A DNA stretch of 64,000 nt from Thermodesulfobacteriota bacterium (lineage in GTDB: Bacteria; Desulfobacterota; BSN033; UBA1163). The stretch spans positions 80,759 through 144,758 of the forward strand of contig JAOAHX010000003.1 in NCBI GenBank assembly GCA_026415035.1. Reading direction: 5' to 3'. The stretch's first letter is position 1. Every line of letters begins with the position of its first letter. Below the pieces are notes generated by a model, which did no database searches, had not been told where the DNA came from, and saw nothing but the letters and a program-made list of their open reading frames with translations. Below are positions 56,679-64,000 of the stretch, piece by piece. A program made the position numbers and the translations under genes.

Positions 56679-58256
56679 TCACCTCACGTCGGACCATTTC
56701 CCGTACCTTTCTCTGAGGATGCGGTGGAGGATCTTTCCGGTGGGGGTCATGGGCATCTCCTCATCCTTGATGAAATCGACCGACTTCGGGATCTTGTAGC
56801 CTGCGATCTTTCCCCGGCAATAGTCGATCAGTTCCTTCTCCGATACCGTCTGCCCCTGATGGAGGGTTACCACGGCCTTCACCGCCTCTCCCCATTTGGG
56901 GTCGGGAACGCCGATGACCGCCACATACTTCACGGCAGGGTGGGAACCGATCACGTTCTCGACTTCCGACGGGAAGACGTTCTCGCCACCCGTGATGATC
57001 ATATTGGCCTTCCGATCGACGAGGACGTAATAACCATCCTCATCCTGATAGGCCATATCGCCCGCGGAGAACCACTCTCCCCGGAAGACCGATTTCGTCT
57101 TCTCCGGGTCCTTCCAGTATTCCTTGAAGATGTGGGGTGTTCGGGAGTAGAGCTCTCCCACCTGACCTCGCGGCACCTCATTTCCGTTCTCATCAAGGAT
57201 CTTGATGCGGTCGGTCCCCCAGATCTCTCTTCCGATCGAACCTAACTTTTTGAACTGTTCCTCCGGACGGAGCAAGGTCACCAGGCCCGCCTCCGTCGAC
57301 CCATAGGCTTCCCAGAGCTCGGCATTTTTGAAGTATTCCATGATGGCCAGTTTGGTGTCCCTTCGGGCCGGGGCCGAAGAGATGAGGAGCTGGCGGATGG
57401 AGCTGACATCGATGCTCTTCTTCACCTCGTCTGGCAGCGAGAGCATCATGATGTAGTGGGTGGGAACGAGGGAGGTGAAGGTGATCCTCTCTTTTTCGAT
57501 CGTCTTGAGAAGATCGAGGGGATCGAAGCTGATCATATTATAGACGAAGACCCTGGCGCTCACATAGGTATAGGTGAAGGAATAATAAATGGAATTGATA
57601 TGGCACATGGGCATGACCAGCATCACGCAATCATCCGGCCTAAGCCCCATGTTGATGGCATTCAAAATGTATTGAGAGACGTTCCCCTCATGGGTCCTGA
57701 CCACCCCCTTCGGCTTTCCTGTGGTGCCGGAGGTGTACATGATGTTCCACATATCCTCCGCATCCACGATCACATCGGGCTCCTCGGGGGAGGCCTTCGC
57801 CAGGAGTTCTTCATAGGATTGGTAGCCTTCCGGGGTCTTATCGTCCCCGAAGTAGATATAATTTTCAGGGGGAATATTGGGGAGCTTGCTCCGAATCGAG
57901 TTGACCAAGGGGACGAATTCTTTGGCCACGATGAAGGCCTTTGAGTCGGAGTGGTTCACCACGTATTCGATCTCAGGAGGAGCGAGCCTGAACATGACGG
58001 GGACCGTCACTTGGCCCCCTTTGGCGGACCCCGCATAAAATTCCATCCATTCCACACAGTTATAGGCGAGAATGGCGAACCGGTCTCCTTTCCGAATGCC
58101 CAATTGATTCAGGGCGTTGGCAAAGCGACAACTCCGTTCATTCCACTCCTTAAAGGTCATTTTCCGGAATTTGTCCCCCGCTCCTGGTTTGTCGGGGTAA
58201 TGCATGGCCATCATCTTGAGGACGGTTCCCGCGGTCATCCATTTACTGATCGTCAT
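56679..58256 (-). CDS. AMP-dependent acyl-CoA synthetase/ligase
   Basis: 525 aa with the AMP-binding motif YTSGTTGKPKGV, plus GWFSAGD-type and C-terminal PKTPTGKI-type (PMTPTGKIL) motifs. Confidence 0.9.
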   Translation of the reverse strand: MTISKWMTAGTVLKMMAMHYPDKPGAGDKFRKMTFKEWNERSCRFANALNQLGIRKGDRFAILAYNCVEWMEFYAGSAKGGQVTVPVMFRLAPPEIEYVVNHSDSKAFIVAKEFVPLVNSIRSKLPNIPPENYIYFGDDKTPEGYQSYEELLAKASPEEPDVIVDAEDMWNIMYTSGTTGKPKGVVRTHEGNVSQYILNAINMGLRPDDCVMLVMPMCHINSIYYSFTYTYVSARVFVYNMISFDPLDLLKTIEKERITFTSLVPTHYIMMLSLPDEVKKSIDVSSIRQLLISSAPARRDTKLAIMEYFKNAELWEAYGSTEAGLVTLLRPEEQFKKLGSIGREIWGTDRIKILDENGNEVPRGQVGELYSRTPHIFKEYWKDPEKTKSVFRGEWFSAGDMAYQDEDGYYVLVDRKANMIITGGENVFPSEVENVIGSHPAVKYVAVIGVPDPKWGEAVKAVVTLHQGQTVSEKELIDYCRGKIAGYKIPKSVDFIKDEEMPMTPTGKILHRILRERYGKWSDVR

Positions 58257-58525
58257 AGGTACTCCTCCTTTTCCCTTTGATTCACCCCTTGAGGCAACAC
58301 ATGAAGCTTGTGATTTTTTTTACATCCTTTATCATCCTTGGAAGGTTTTGTCAAGCATTTGTTTTTCTGTTAAATATTTCAAAAGGTTAGGTGACGTTCC
58401 TGTGCCAAGGGTAAACGCGTCCCCAGCTCCAGGTCCGTCTCAGGACCCCTCTTCTAACTCTCGTAAACAAGGGTGAGTCGGAACGTATTCGCCTGAAATC
58501 CTGTTCCAAGCGATCGGCCTTCTTC

Positions 58526-59374
58526 TTATCCGGCCTGGTGTTGTTTGACCCTATCGGCGATGACGGTGATCGATGAGGTGAAGATATGGAGAAATTTCGA
58601 ATGGGGGATATAGACAAACCATACGAGGCAAGGGATGACGTGGGCATACCATAAGAAGTGGGGATTGATCGTGATGTCTCTCAGAAAAAAGGACAAAAAA
58701 TATCCGAAGAAGGAGATCCAGTTGTTGGCGCTCGGCGGAGTAAAATCGGCCATGTAGACCCGTTCGGCCACCACCTCTGGGTGAGCGATCCGGTATCCCT
58801 CGATGAAAAATCCCGAGGCCACCATATAAAAGATGAAGACGAGGGTGACAATATCCTCCTCTTCCGTCTTCAATTGATCGGGCTTGAGGAAGAATCTCCG
58901 GATCATAGCTAGCACACAGCCGACGAGGATCAAAAAACTGAAGAATTCGAGAAAAAAGTCGAGAAACGGCCGGATGGGTCCGGTCTTAAAGGCATGGGCA
59001 AAGGAGAGGATGGGAAAGGAAGGGCTCCATGCGGCGAGGTAACCGGTGGTGAATCCCTTGATCATATCCACGACGAAGGTCGCGACAAAACCGAACACGA
59101 GAAGGGTGTGGGCGAGCCATCGGTAGAAAGATTGAGCGTAAAGCTTCTTATGGAAGATCACATCGGTCAGGACCGTCTTGATATACCAGCGAGGTCTCTT
59201 CCGGAAGCCCTTCCAGCCTCTTTTGGCCAGGGTGACGAATTTCTCCCAGGAGGTCGCCTGTTCCATTCCCTTCAAGGTCCCCTGAAGATAGAAACCCGCC
59301 CGAAACCACATCCCCCAGAGGAAGAGGATCATCGTGGGAATGAACATCAGATAGAAGATGAGGTGCTTCTCCAT
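58526..59374 (-). CDS. NarI/DsrM/HdrE-like membrane cytochrome b subunit
   Basis: 282 aa with about 6 TM helices and conserved His in TM helices (WLAHTLLVF, YAHVIP...IPHSKFLHIF). It is immediately downstream of the HdrD-like gene. Confidence 0.7.
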   Translation of the reverse strand: MEKHLIFYLMFIPTMILFLWGMWFRAGFYLQGTLKGMEQATSWEKFVTLAKRGWKGFRKRPRWYIKTVLTDVIFHKKLYAQSFYRWLAHTLLVFGFVATFVVDMIKGFTTGYLAAWSPSFPILSFAHAFKTGPIRPFLDFFLEFFSFLILVGCVLAMIRRFFLKPDQLKTEEEDIVTLVFIFYMVASGFFIEGYRIAHPEVVAERVYMADFTPPSANNWISFFGYFLSFFLRDITINPHFLWYAHVIPCLVWFVYIPHSKFLHIFTSSITVIADRVKQHQAG

Positions 59375-59410
59375 TCCGATATCCTCCCCGTCGCCGAGGA
59401 CCGGGGATCC

Positions 59411-60742
59411 TTAGGCCAAATATTTCAGGACGAACTCAGAGATATACATCACCTTTAACGGAACCTTCATCCTCCTGGCGGTGGACTGAATCGTCCGGAC
59501 ACACTGCTGGCAGGCCGAGACAACGACGTCCGCGCCGGTCGCCTGAATCGACTTGATCTTCTCCTTGGCCAGGGCGATGGAGAGCTCTGGATCCACCATC
59601 TCCAAAAGTCCCCCTCCCCCACAACATTTGCTCTGTTCCCTGTGGGTGGCCAACTCCACCAACTCCACCCCTGGGATCGATCGCAGAACCTCTCTCGGTT
59701 CCTCGTATATGCCGCTATGGCGGCCGAGGTCGCAGGGGTCGTGATAGGTCACCCTCACCTTCTCTCCCTTAAATCTGAGCTTCCCCTCTCGGAGGAGGTG
59801 GAGAAGAAACTGGGTGGAATCGTAGAGGTGGAAATCGGTGTGGTACTCCTCGTGCCAGGTATGGTAACAGGAGGGACAGGAGAAGACGACGCTGTGCGCC
59901 CCTCTCTCTTTCACCCCTTCGATATGGTGACGGATGAAACCCTCGACCTCTTTTCTAAACCCAGCCCCGATGAGCGGAAATCCGCAACACCACTCCTCTC
60001 CGCCCAAGAGGGTGAAATCCACCCCTGCCCTGTCCAGGATTTGGGTGAAGCTCTGGGGCACTTTATAAGCCATCGGAAAATAGGCTGAGACGCAGCCCAC
60101 GAAATAGACCACCTCTGCCCGCTCCTTTTGATATCGGTGTGCGGGGAGCCCCTCCAAGCCGTCAAGCCAGTTCGTCCTCGAGCTGTTGGCCTCCCCCGAT
60201 ATGTTATACTTCCCGAGGACGTTCTTCCTCATCATCCCAACATTCTTGGGAAAATGGCCAAGATCGACCAGCACCTCTTTTAAGGCCAGCCAAAGGGTTC
60301 GGGAATCGATGGAGACCGGACATTGAACCGCACACTCTCCGCAGAGGGTGCAGCGATAGACCATCTCCGAAAAGCGCTCCAGTTCCGCCTCGTCCAATTT
60401 GGGTTTGCCAAAGATCCTCGCCCAGAGACCGTACTGTTTCTGGAGGAACTTCTTCAGGGCCTGGATCTTGCCACGGGGGGTGATCCCCTCCTCGGCCCTC
60501 TGACCATAAACCGGGCAGAACCGGAGGCAGTCTCCACACCGGGTGCAGGCATCGATTTCAAGGAGTTGTTTGGGAGAGAATCGTGAAAGGTCCACCTTCC
60601 TCAGGATCGCTTTGCCCTGGAGGCCCCCAAGGGTCTTTCGGCCCCCGTTTGGCTCACCTTTTGAGATTTTTATAACCGAAGTTTCCTGGGTTGTCAACAA
60701 ATTTATATTGGTCTGACCATTTAACTTTAAAATTTCACCCAT
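59411..60742 (-). CDS. HdrD/DsrK-like Fe-S oxidoreductase (2x[4Fe-4S] plus two CCG domains)
   Basis: 443 aa with CTRCGDCLRFCP and CTLCGECAVQCP, followed by the CCG motifs EEWCCGFP and QSKCCGGGG. Confidence 0.85.
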   Translation of the reverse strand: MGEILKLNGQTNINLLTTQETSVIKISKGEPNGGRKTLGGLQGKAILRKVDLSRFSPKQLLEIDACTRCGDCLRFCPVYGQRAEEGITPRGKIQALKKFLQKQYGLWARIFGKPKLDEAELERFSEMVYRCTLCGECAVQCPVSIDSRTLWLALKEVLVDLGHFPKNVGMMRKNVLGKYNISGEANSSRTNWLDGLEGLPAHRYQKERAEVVYFVGCVSAYFPMAYKVPQSFTQILDRAGVDFTLLGGEEWCCGFPLIGAGFRKEVEGFIRHHIEGVKERGAHSVVFSCPSCYHTWHEEYHTDFHLYDSTQFLLHLLREGKLRFKGEKVRVTYHDPCDLGRHSGIYEEPREVLRSIPGVELVELATHREQSKCCGGGGLLEMVDPELSIALAKEKIKSIQATGADVVVSACQQCVRTIQSTARRMKVPLKVMYISEFVLKYLA

Positions 60743-60749
60743 TTTTCGA

Positions 60750-60787
60750 TAATAAAAAGAGAGGGCGTTTTTCCCAACGCCCTCTCT
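60750..60787 (-). terminator. rho-independent terminator after the gcvH-like gene
   Basis: The minus strand reads AGAGAGGGCGTT, a 6-nt loop, AACGCCCTCTCT, then TTTTATTATCG. The stem is 12 bp and perfect. Confidence 0.7.
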
Positions 60788-60809
60788 TCACATTGGTCAT
60801 GCCTTTAGA

Positions 60810-61238
60810 CTATTCCTTCGTCTTCTTCACCCGCTCGATCTCCGACTGGATGAACTCCCCTAACGTGTCGACCCTCATCAGGTTCTTCAGCTCCGCCTCT
60901 AAATTGGAAGGGCTCACCTTGAAGATCCATCCCTTGTCGTAAGGGCTTGCATTGATCAACTCAGGCGAGTCCTCAAGCTCCTCATTTGCCGAGACGACTT
61001 TTCCTGAGACGGGCGCATAGATCCTCCCGACCCATTTCCCCGATTCAAGGGAACCGCAGGGTTTCCCTTGTTCGACCGCTTTACCTGGGGAGGGAAGCTC
61101 GACATAGACGATGTCGCCCGCCAGTTTCTGGGCAAAGTCAGTTGTTCCGACCGTCACAATCTCTCCCTCCACCCTGGCCCAGAAATGTTCTTTGTGATAG
61201 TAGAGATCGTCCGGAAATTGGTACCCTTCGATTTCCAT
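60810..61238 (-). CDS. GcvH-fold lipoyl-carrier protein (GcvH/LbpA-like)
   Basis: 142 aa with YYHKEHFWARVEG...VTVGTTDFAQ and the lipoyl-Lys context GSLESGKWVGRIYAPVSGKVV. No gcvT or gcvP is nearby. Confidence 0.85.
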   Translation of the reverse strand: MEIEGYQFPDDLYYHKEHFWARVEGEIVTVGTTDFAQKLAGDIVYVELPSPGKAVEQGKPCGSLESGKWVGRIYAPVSGKVVSANEELEDSPELINASPYDKGWIFKVSPSNLEAELKNLMRVDTLGEFIQSEIERVKKTKE

Positions 61239-61473
61239 GAAAATGGCCTCCTTTCTTTTTTTCCAGGCTTTATACTACAAAATTCGTTCCTTCACAAGTC
61301 ACCCAGCCCTTCTACCCCTTGACCGCCCAGAGGAAATCTTTTATATTTCTGCCATATTTAAGAAAAATTTCACAAAACGGCTCAGAAGCAGGGGCCAATT
61401 ATACACTAACTTATTGATTCCAAAAGCATAATTGGTTTTTGACTTTTTAGCTTTTCTATTGCATCTTTAAAGT

Positions 61474-61974
61474 ATGATCCACGCGAAAGATCTCGACCCC
61501 GGGTTTAAAGACCTCATAGCAAGAGAACCGGGGGGGCAGCACATCAAGAAATGCTTTGCCTGCGGGACCTGCACGGCAGGTTGTCCGGTCAGGCAGATTA
61601 CGGAACGTTATAACCCGAGGAAGATCATCCGGATGGCCCTCCTGGGGATGAAGAAGGACGTCCTCTCCAGCCCGTTCATCTGGCTCTGCTCTTCCTGCTA
61701 CACCTGCTACGAACGATGCCCCCAAGACGTGAGAATCCCCGAGCTCATGAACGCCATCAAGAACATTGCGGTGCGAGAAGGGCATATCCCTCCTCCGATT
61801 AAAACCCAATTGGAACTCCTCTCCACCTTCGGTCGCCTCCTGGAGATCTCCGATTTTGAAAATGAGAAGCGAAGGGAATTCGGCCTCCCCCTGGTTCAAG
61901 GCCGGACCGAAGAGATCCAAAAGATTTTGAAAGGACTCGGGCTCTGTCATGAAGAAGAAAGAGGACCGGTCTAA
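61474..61974 (+). CDS. hdrC: heterodisulfide reductase subunit C-like protein
   Basis: 166 aa with CFACGTCTAGCP and CSSCYTCYERCP, and NPRKIIR between them, as in HdrC. Confidence 0.8.
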   Translation: MIHAKDLDPGFKDLIAREPGGQHIKKCFACGTCTAGCPVRQITERYNPRKIIRMALLGMKKDVLSSPFIWLCSSCYTCYERCPQDVRIPELMNAIKNIAVREGHIPPPIKTQLELLSTFGRLLEISDFENEKRREFGLPLVQGRTEEIQKILKGLGLCHEEERGPV

Positions 61975-62863
61975 GGAAAGCTCCTATACCCTATTTCTTG
62001 GTTGTACGGTTCCGGTCAGGGCCTTAAATTACGAATTGGCCTCGAGGAAGGTTGCCGGTGCCCTCGGTCTAACCCTTCATGACATCCCTGAGTTTACATG
62101 TTGCGGCTATCCCGTCAAATCGATCAGCCACCATGCCTATCTCCTGATGGCGGCCAGGAATCTGGCCCTCGCTGAGGCCAAAGGGCATCCCATTTGCACC
62201 CTCTGCAGTTCCTGCTGTGGCTCTCTGGCGGAGGCCAACCGAGAACTTCTCGAGGATCCGAGCCTCCGGAAAAGGATCAACGAAGAGCTCTACCGCTGGG
62301 TGGGATTCCGTTACGAGGGCGAGGTGAAAGTCAGCCACCTGACCAGAATCCTTCACCGGGAGGTCGGAACGAAGAAGATCGAAAAGGAAGTCCGCGCCGA
62401 CCTCTCCTCCCTTAGGGTTGCGGCCCATTATGGCTGCCACTTTACCAAACCCTCGGACCTCTACCGAAGGGCCGATGATCCCGAAAATCCCAAAAGTCTC
62501 GATGAGCTGATCGAAGCGACAGGGGCCCAATCCCTTGCTTACGAAGAGAAACTCTCCTGTTGCGGTGGCGGGGTGCTGGCGATCGACGAACAGGTCGCCT
62601 TGGGGATGGCCCAGAGGAAGCTCGATCATATCCACGCCCAAAAAGCGGATGCCATCGTCCTGATCTGTCCTTTTTGCAGCGTGATGTACGAATCGAACCA
62701 GAAGAAGATCGAAAAGGCCTTCGAGAAGGATTATAAACTTCCCGTCCTTTATTATCCCCAACTCCTCGGCCTGGCCCTTGGGATCGATCCGGACGAGCTG
62801 GGCCTGAAGATGAACCGCATCAGGACCTCAGACCTCTTGAAGAAGATAAGGAGGCCGGCCTGA
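61949..62863 (+). CDS. hdrB: heterodisulfide reductase subunit B-like protein (two CCG domains)
   Basis: 304 aa with FTCCGYP and LSCCGGG CCG motifs, plus CSSCC and CPFC contexts. It overlaps hdrC by 26 nt. Confidence 0.85.
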   Translation: MKKKEDRSKESSYTLFLGCTVPVRALNYELASRKVAGALGLTLHDIPEFTCCGYPVKSISHHAYLLMAARNLALAEAKGHPICTLCSSCCGSLAEANRELLEDPSLRKRINEELYRWVGFRYEGEVKVSHLTRILHREVGTKKIEKEVRADLSSLRVAAHYGCHFTKPSDLYRRADDPENPKSLDELIEATGAQSLAYEEKLSCCGGGVLAIDEQVALGMAQRKLDHIHAQKADAIVLICPFCSVMYESNQKKIEKAFEKDYKLPVLYYPQLLGLALGIDPDELGLKMNRIRTSDLLKKIRRPA

Positions 62864-62864
62864 G

Positions 62865-64000
62865 ATGACGACTTCCGACAAACCGACCGGTGCAGTCCTC
62901 GTGGTGGGAGGCGGGATCGGAGGCATCCAGACCTCCCTCGACCTGGCGGAATCCGGGTTGAAGGTCTACCTCCTCGAAAAGAGGATGAGCATCGGCGGGA
63001 CGATGGCCCAGCTCGACAAGACCTTTCCCACCAACGACTGCTCCATGTGCATCATGTCTCCCAAGCTGGTGGATGCTGGCCGCCACCGGAACATCGAAAT
63101 CCTGACCAATGCACGCGTGGAGAGGGTGGAGGGGGGCCCCGGCCATTTCAGGGTTCACATCCATAAAAAGGCTCGCTATGTCACCCTTGAAGATTGCAAG
63201 GCCTGTGGGGAGTGTGCCAAGGTCTGCCCGATCAAGATCCCGAACGACTATGAACAGGGCCTGGTCACCCGTGCGGCCATCTACCAGCTCTTTGCCCAGG
63301 CCATGCCCAGTGCGTACGGGATCGAGAAGAGGGGCGAACCGCCCTGCAGGGCCGCCTGTCCGATCCACGTCAATGCCCAAGGTTACATCGCCCTGATCTC
63401 CGCAGGGAAGTTCGAGGAGGCCCTCGCTTTGGTGAGGGCGAAGAATCCCTTTCCCGGGATCACCGGCCGGATCTGCACCCACCCCTGTGAAACGGCCTGC
63501 CGAAGAGGAGAGGTTGAACAGCCGATCGCCATCGATGGCTTGAAACGGTTCGTCGCCGACCTCGAAATCGAGGACAAAACCGATCTCTCCGTGCCGCCCG
63601 AAAACGGAAAGAAGGTGGCGATCGTCGGCTCTGGCCCTGCAGGCCTTCTGGCCGCATGGGATTTGAGAAAGAAGGGTTATGGGGTCACCATCTTCGAGGC
63701 CCTTCCTGTGGCCGGGGGTATGCTCGCTGTGGGGATCCCGGAGTACCGTCTGCCCCGGGCGGTGTTGAACAAAGAGATCGATTACCTCAGGCGGATGGGC
63801 GTCGAAATCAGGCTCAACACACCCGTTGGGAAAAATCTCACCCTCCGAGGCCTTAAGGAACAGGGCTACGAGGCCATCTTCATCGCCACAGGCGCCCATG
63901 TGAGCCGGAAACTGGGGCTCCCGGGAGAGGAGGCCTCGGGCGTCCTCCATGCCGTGGACTTTTTGAGAAAAGTGGCCCTTGGCCAACCCGTCCAGGTGGG
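62865..64000 (+). CDS. hdrA: HdrA-like flavoprotein fused to a GltD/NfnB-type NAD(P)H module (5' part; open to window end)
   Basis: This frame is open from ATG 62865 to the window edge, so it is absent from the ORF track. It reads MTTSDKPTGAVLVVGGGIGGIQTSLDLAESG...LDKTFPTNDCSMCIMSPK (HdrA signature), CKACGECAKVCP, then NPFPGITGRICTHPCETACRRG and KKVAIVGSGPAGLLAAWDL...AGGMLAVGIPEYRLP (GltD/NfnB-like). The antisense 388-aa track ORF is spurious. Confidence 0.85.
   Translation, partial: MTTSDKPTGAVLVVGGGIGGIQTSLDLAESGLKVYLLEKRMSIGGTMAQLDKTFPTNDCSMCIMSPKLVDAGRHRNIEILTNARVERVEGGPGHFRVHIHKKARYVTLEDCKACGECAKVCPIKIPNDYEQGLVTRAAIYQLFAQAMPSAYGIEKRGEPPCRAACPIHVNAQGYIALISAGKFEEALALVRAKNPFPGITGRICTHPCETACRRGEVEQPIAIDGLKRFVADLEIEDKTDLSVPPENGKKVAIVGSGPAGLLAAWDLRKKGYGVTIFEALPVAGGMLAVGIPEYRLPRAVLNKEIDYLRRMGVEIRLNTPVGKNLTLRGLKEQGYEAIFIATGAHVSRKLGLPGEEASGVLHAVDFLRKVALGQPVQV

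Noticed and set aside
62820-63986. 388-aa minus-strand ORF at the right edge.
   Set aside because: The opposite strand encodes a clear HdrA/GltD-like protein in an open frame. The minus-strand product has no motifs and a skewed Gly/Asp/His/Arg-rich composition.

Overview
This is a gene-dense, GC-rich chromosomal segment with about 60 protein genes. GC content and coding density were judged by eye, not computed. The host looks like a diderm bacterium (TonB/TolA-like, TolB, Pal, CpoB) with an anaerobic lifestyle (Hdr-like proteins, polyferredoxins, several radical-SAM enzymes, PEP synthase). Most of the window is ordinary housekeeping: tpiA'-pgk-gap, uvrB-uvrC, groES-groEL, tolB-pal-cpoB, ppsA, miaA-hfq-scpB-rluB, mnmG, truA, fur-feoB and cmk-ispH-rpsA. 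I saw no rRNA or tRNA genes, CRISPR arrays, transposases, integrases, prophage genes or recognisable defence genes, so this is not a mobile or defence island. The candidates for something not yet described are redox and regulatory gene neighbourhoods. (1) At the right edge (58.5-64 kb) a GcvH/LbpA-like lipoyl-carrier gene diverges from hdrC-hdrB-hdrA. The HdrA carries a GltD/NfnB-type module, and a DsrMK/HdrDE-like membrane pair lies next door. (2) A tail follows uvrB-uvrC: a stand-alone LeuA-regulatory-domain protein, a 2-TM protein, a SplB-like radical-SAM enzyme and a radical-SAM enzyme with a non-canonical Cx4Cx2C motif. (3) A Tat-exported DUF362 protein is paired with a NapH-like membrane polyferredoxin, and a second cytoplasmic DUF362-ferredoxin fusion sits in a DHH-ComB-PNPOx operon. 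(4) A fur-feoB-(65-aa Cys-rich ORF)-dtxR/FeoA operon lies behind a near-consensus promoter and a perfect 21-bp palindrome. (5) An FbpABC/PhnSTU-type ABC importer is coupled to a GntR regulator, a HisC-like aminotransferase and a transaldolase-family enzyme. (6) A sigma-54-type promoter precedes a 583-aa protein and an HD-GYP protein that share an N-terminal domain. All functional calls rest on motif and family recognition by eye and on gene context. No database search, HMM scan or fold prediction was run. Start codons are often ambiguous, and the many long alternative-frame and antisense ORFs in the track are treated as GC-rich artefacts.
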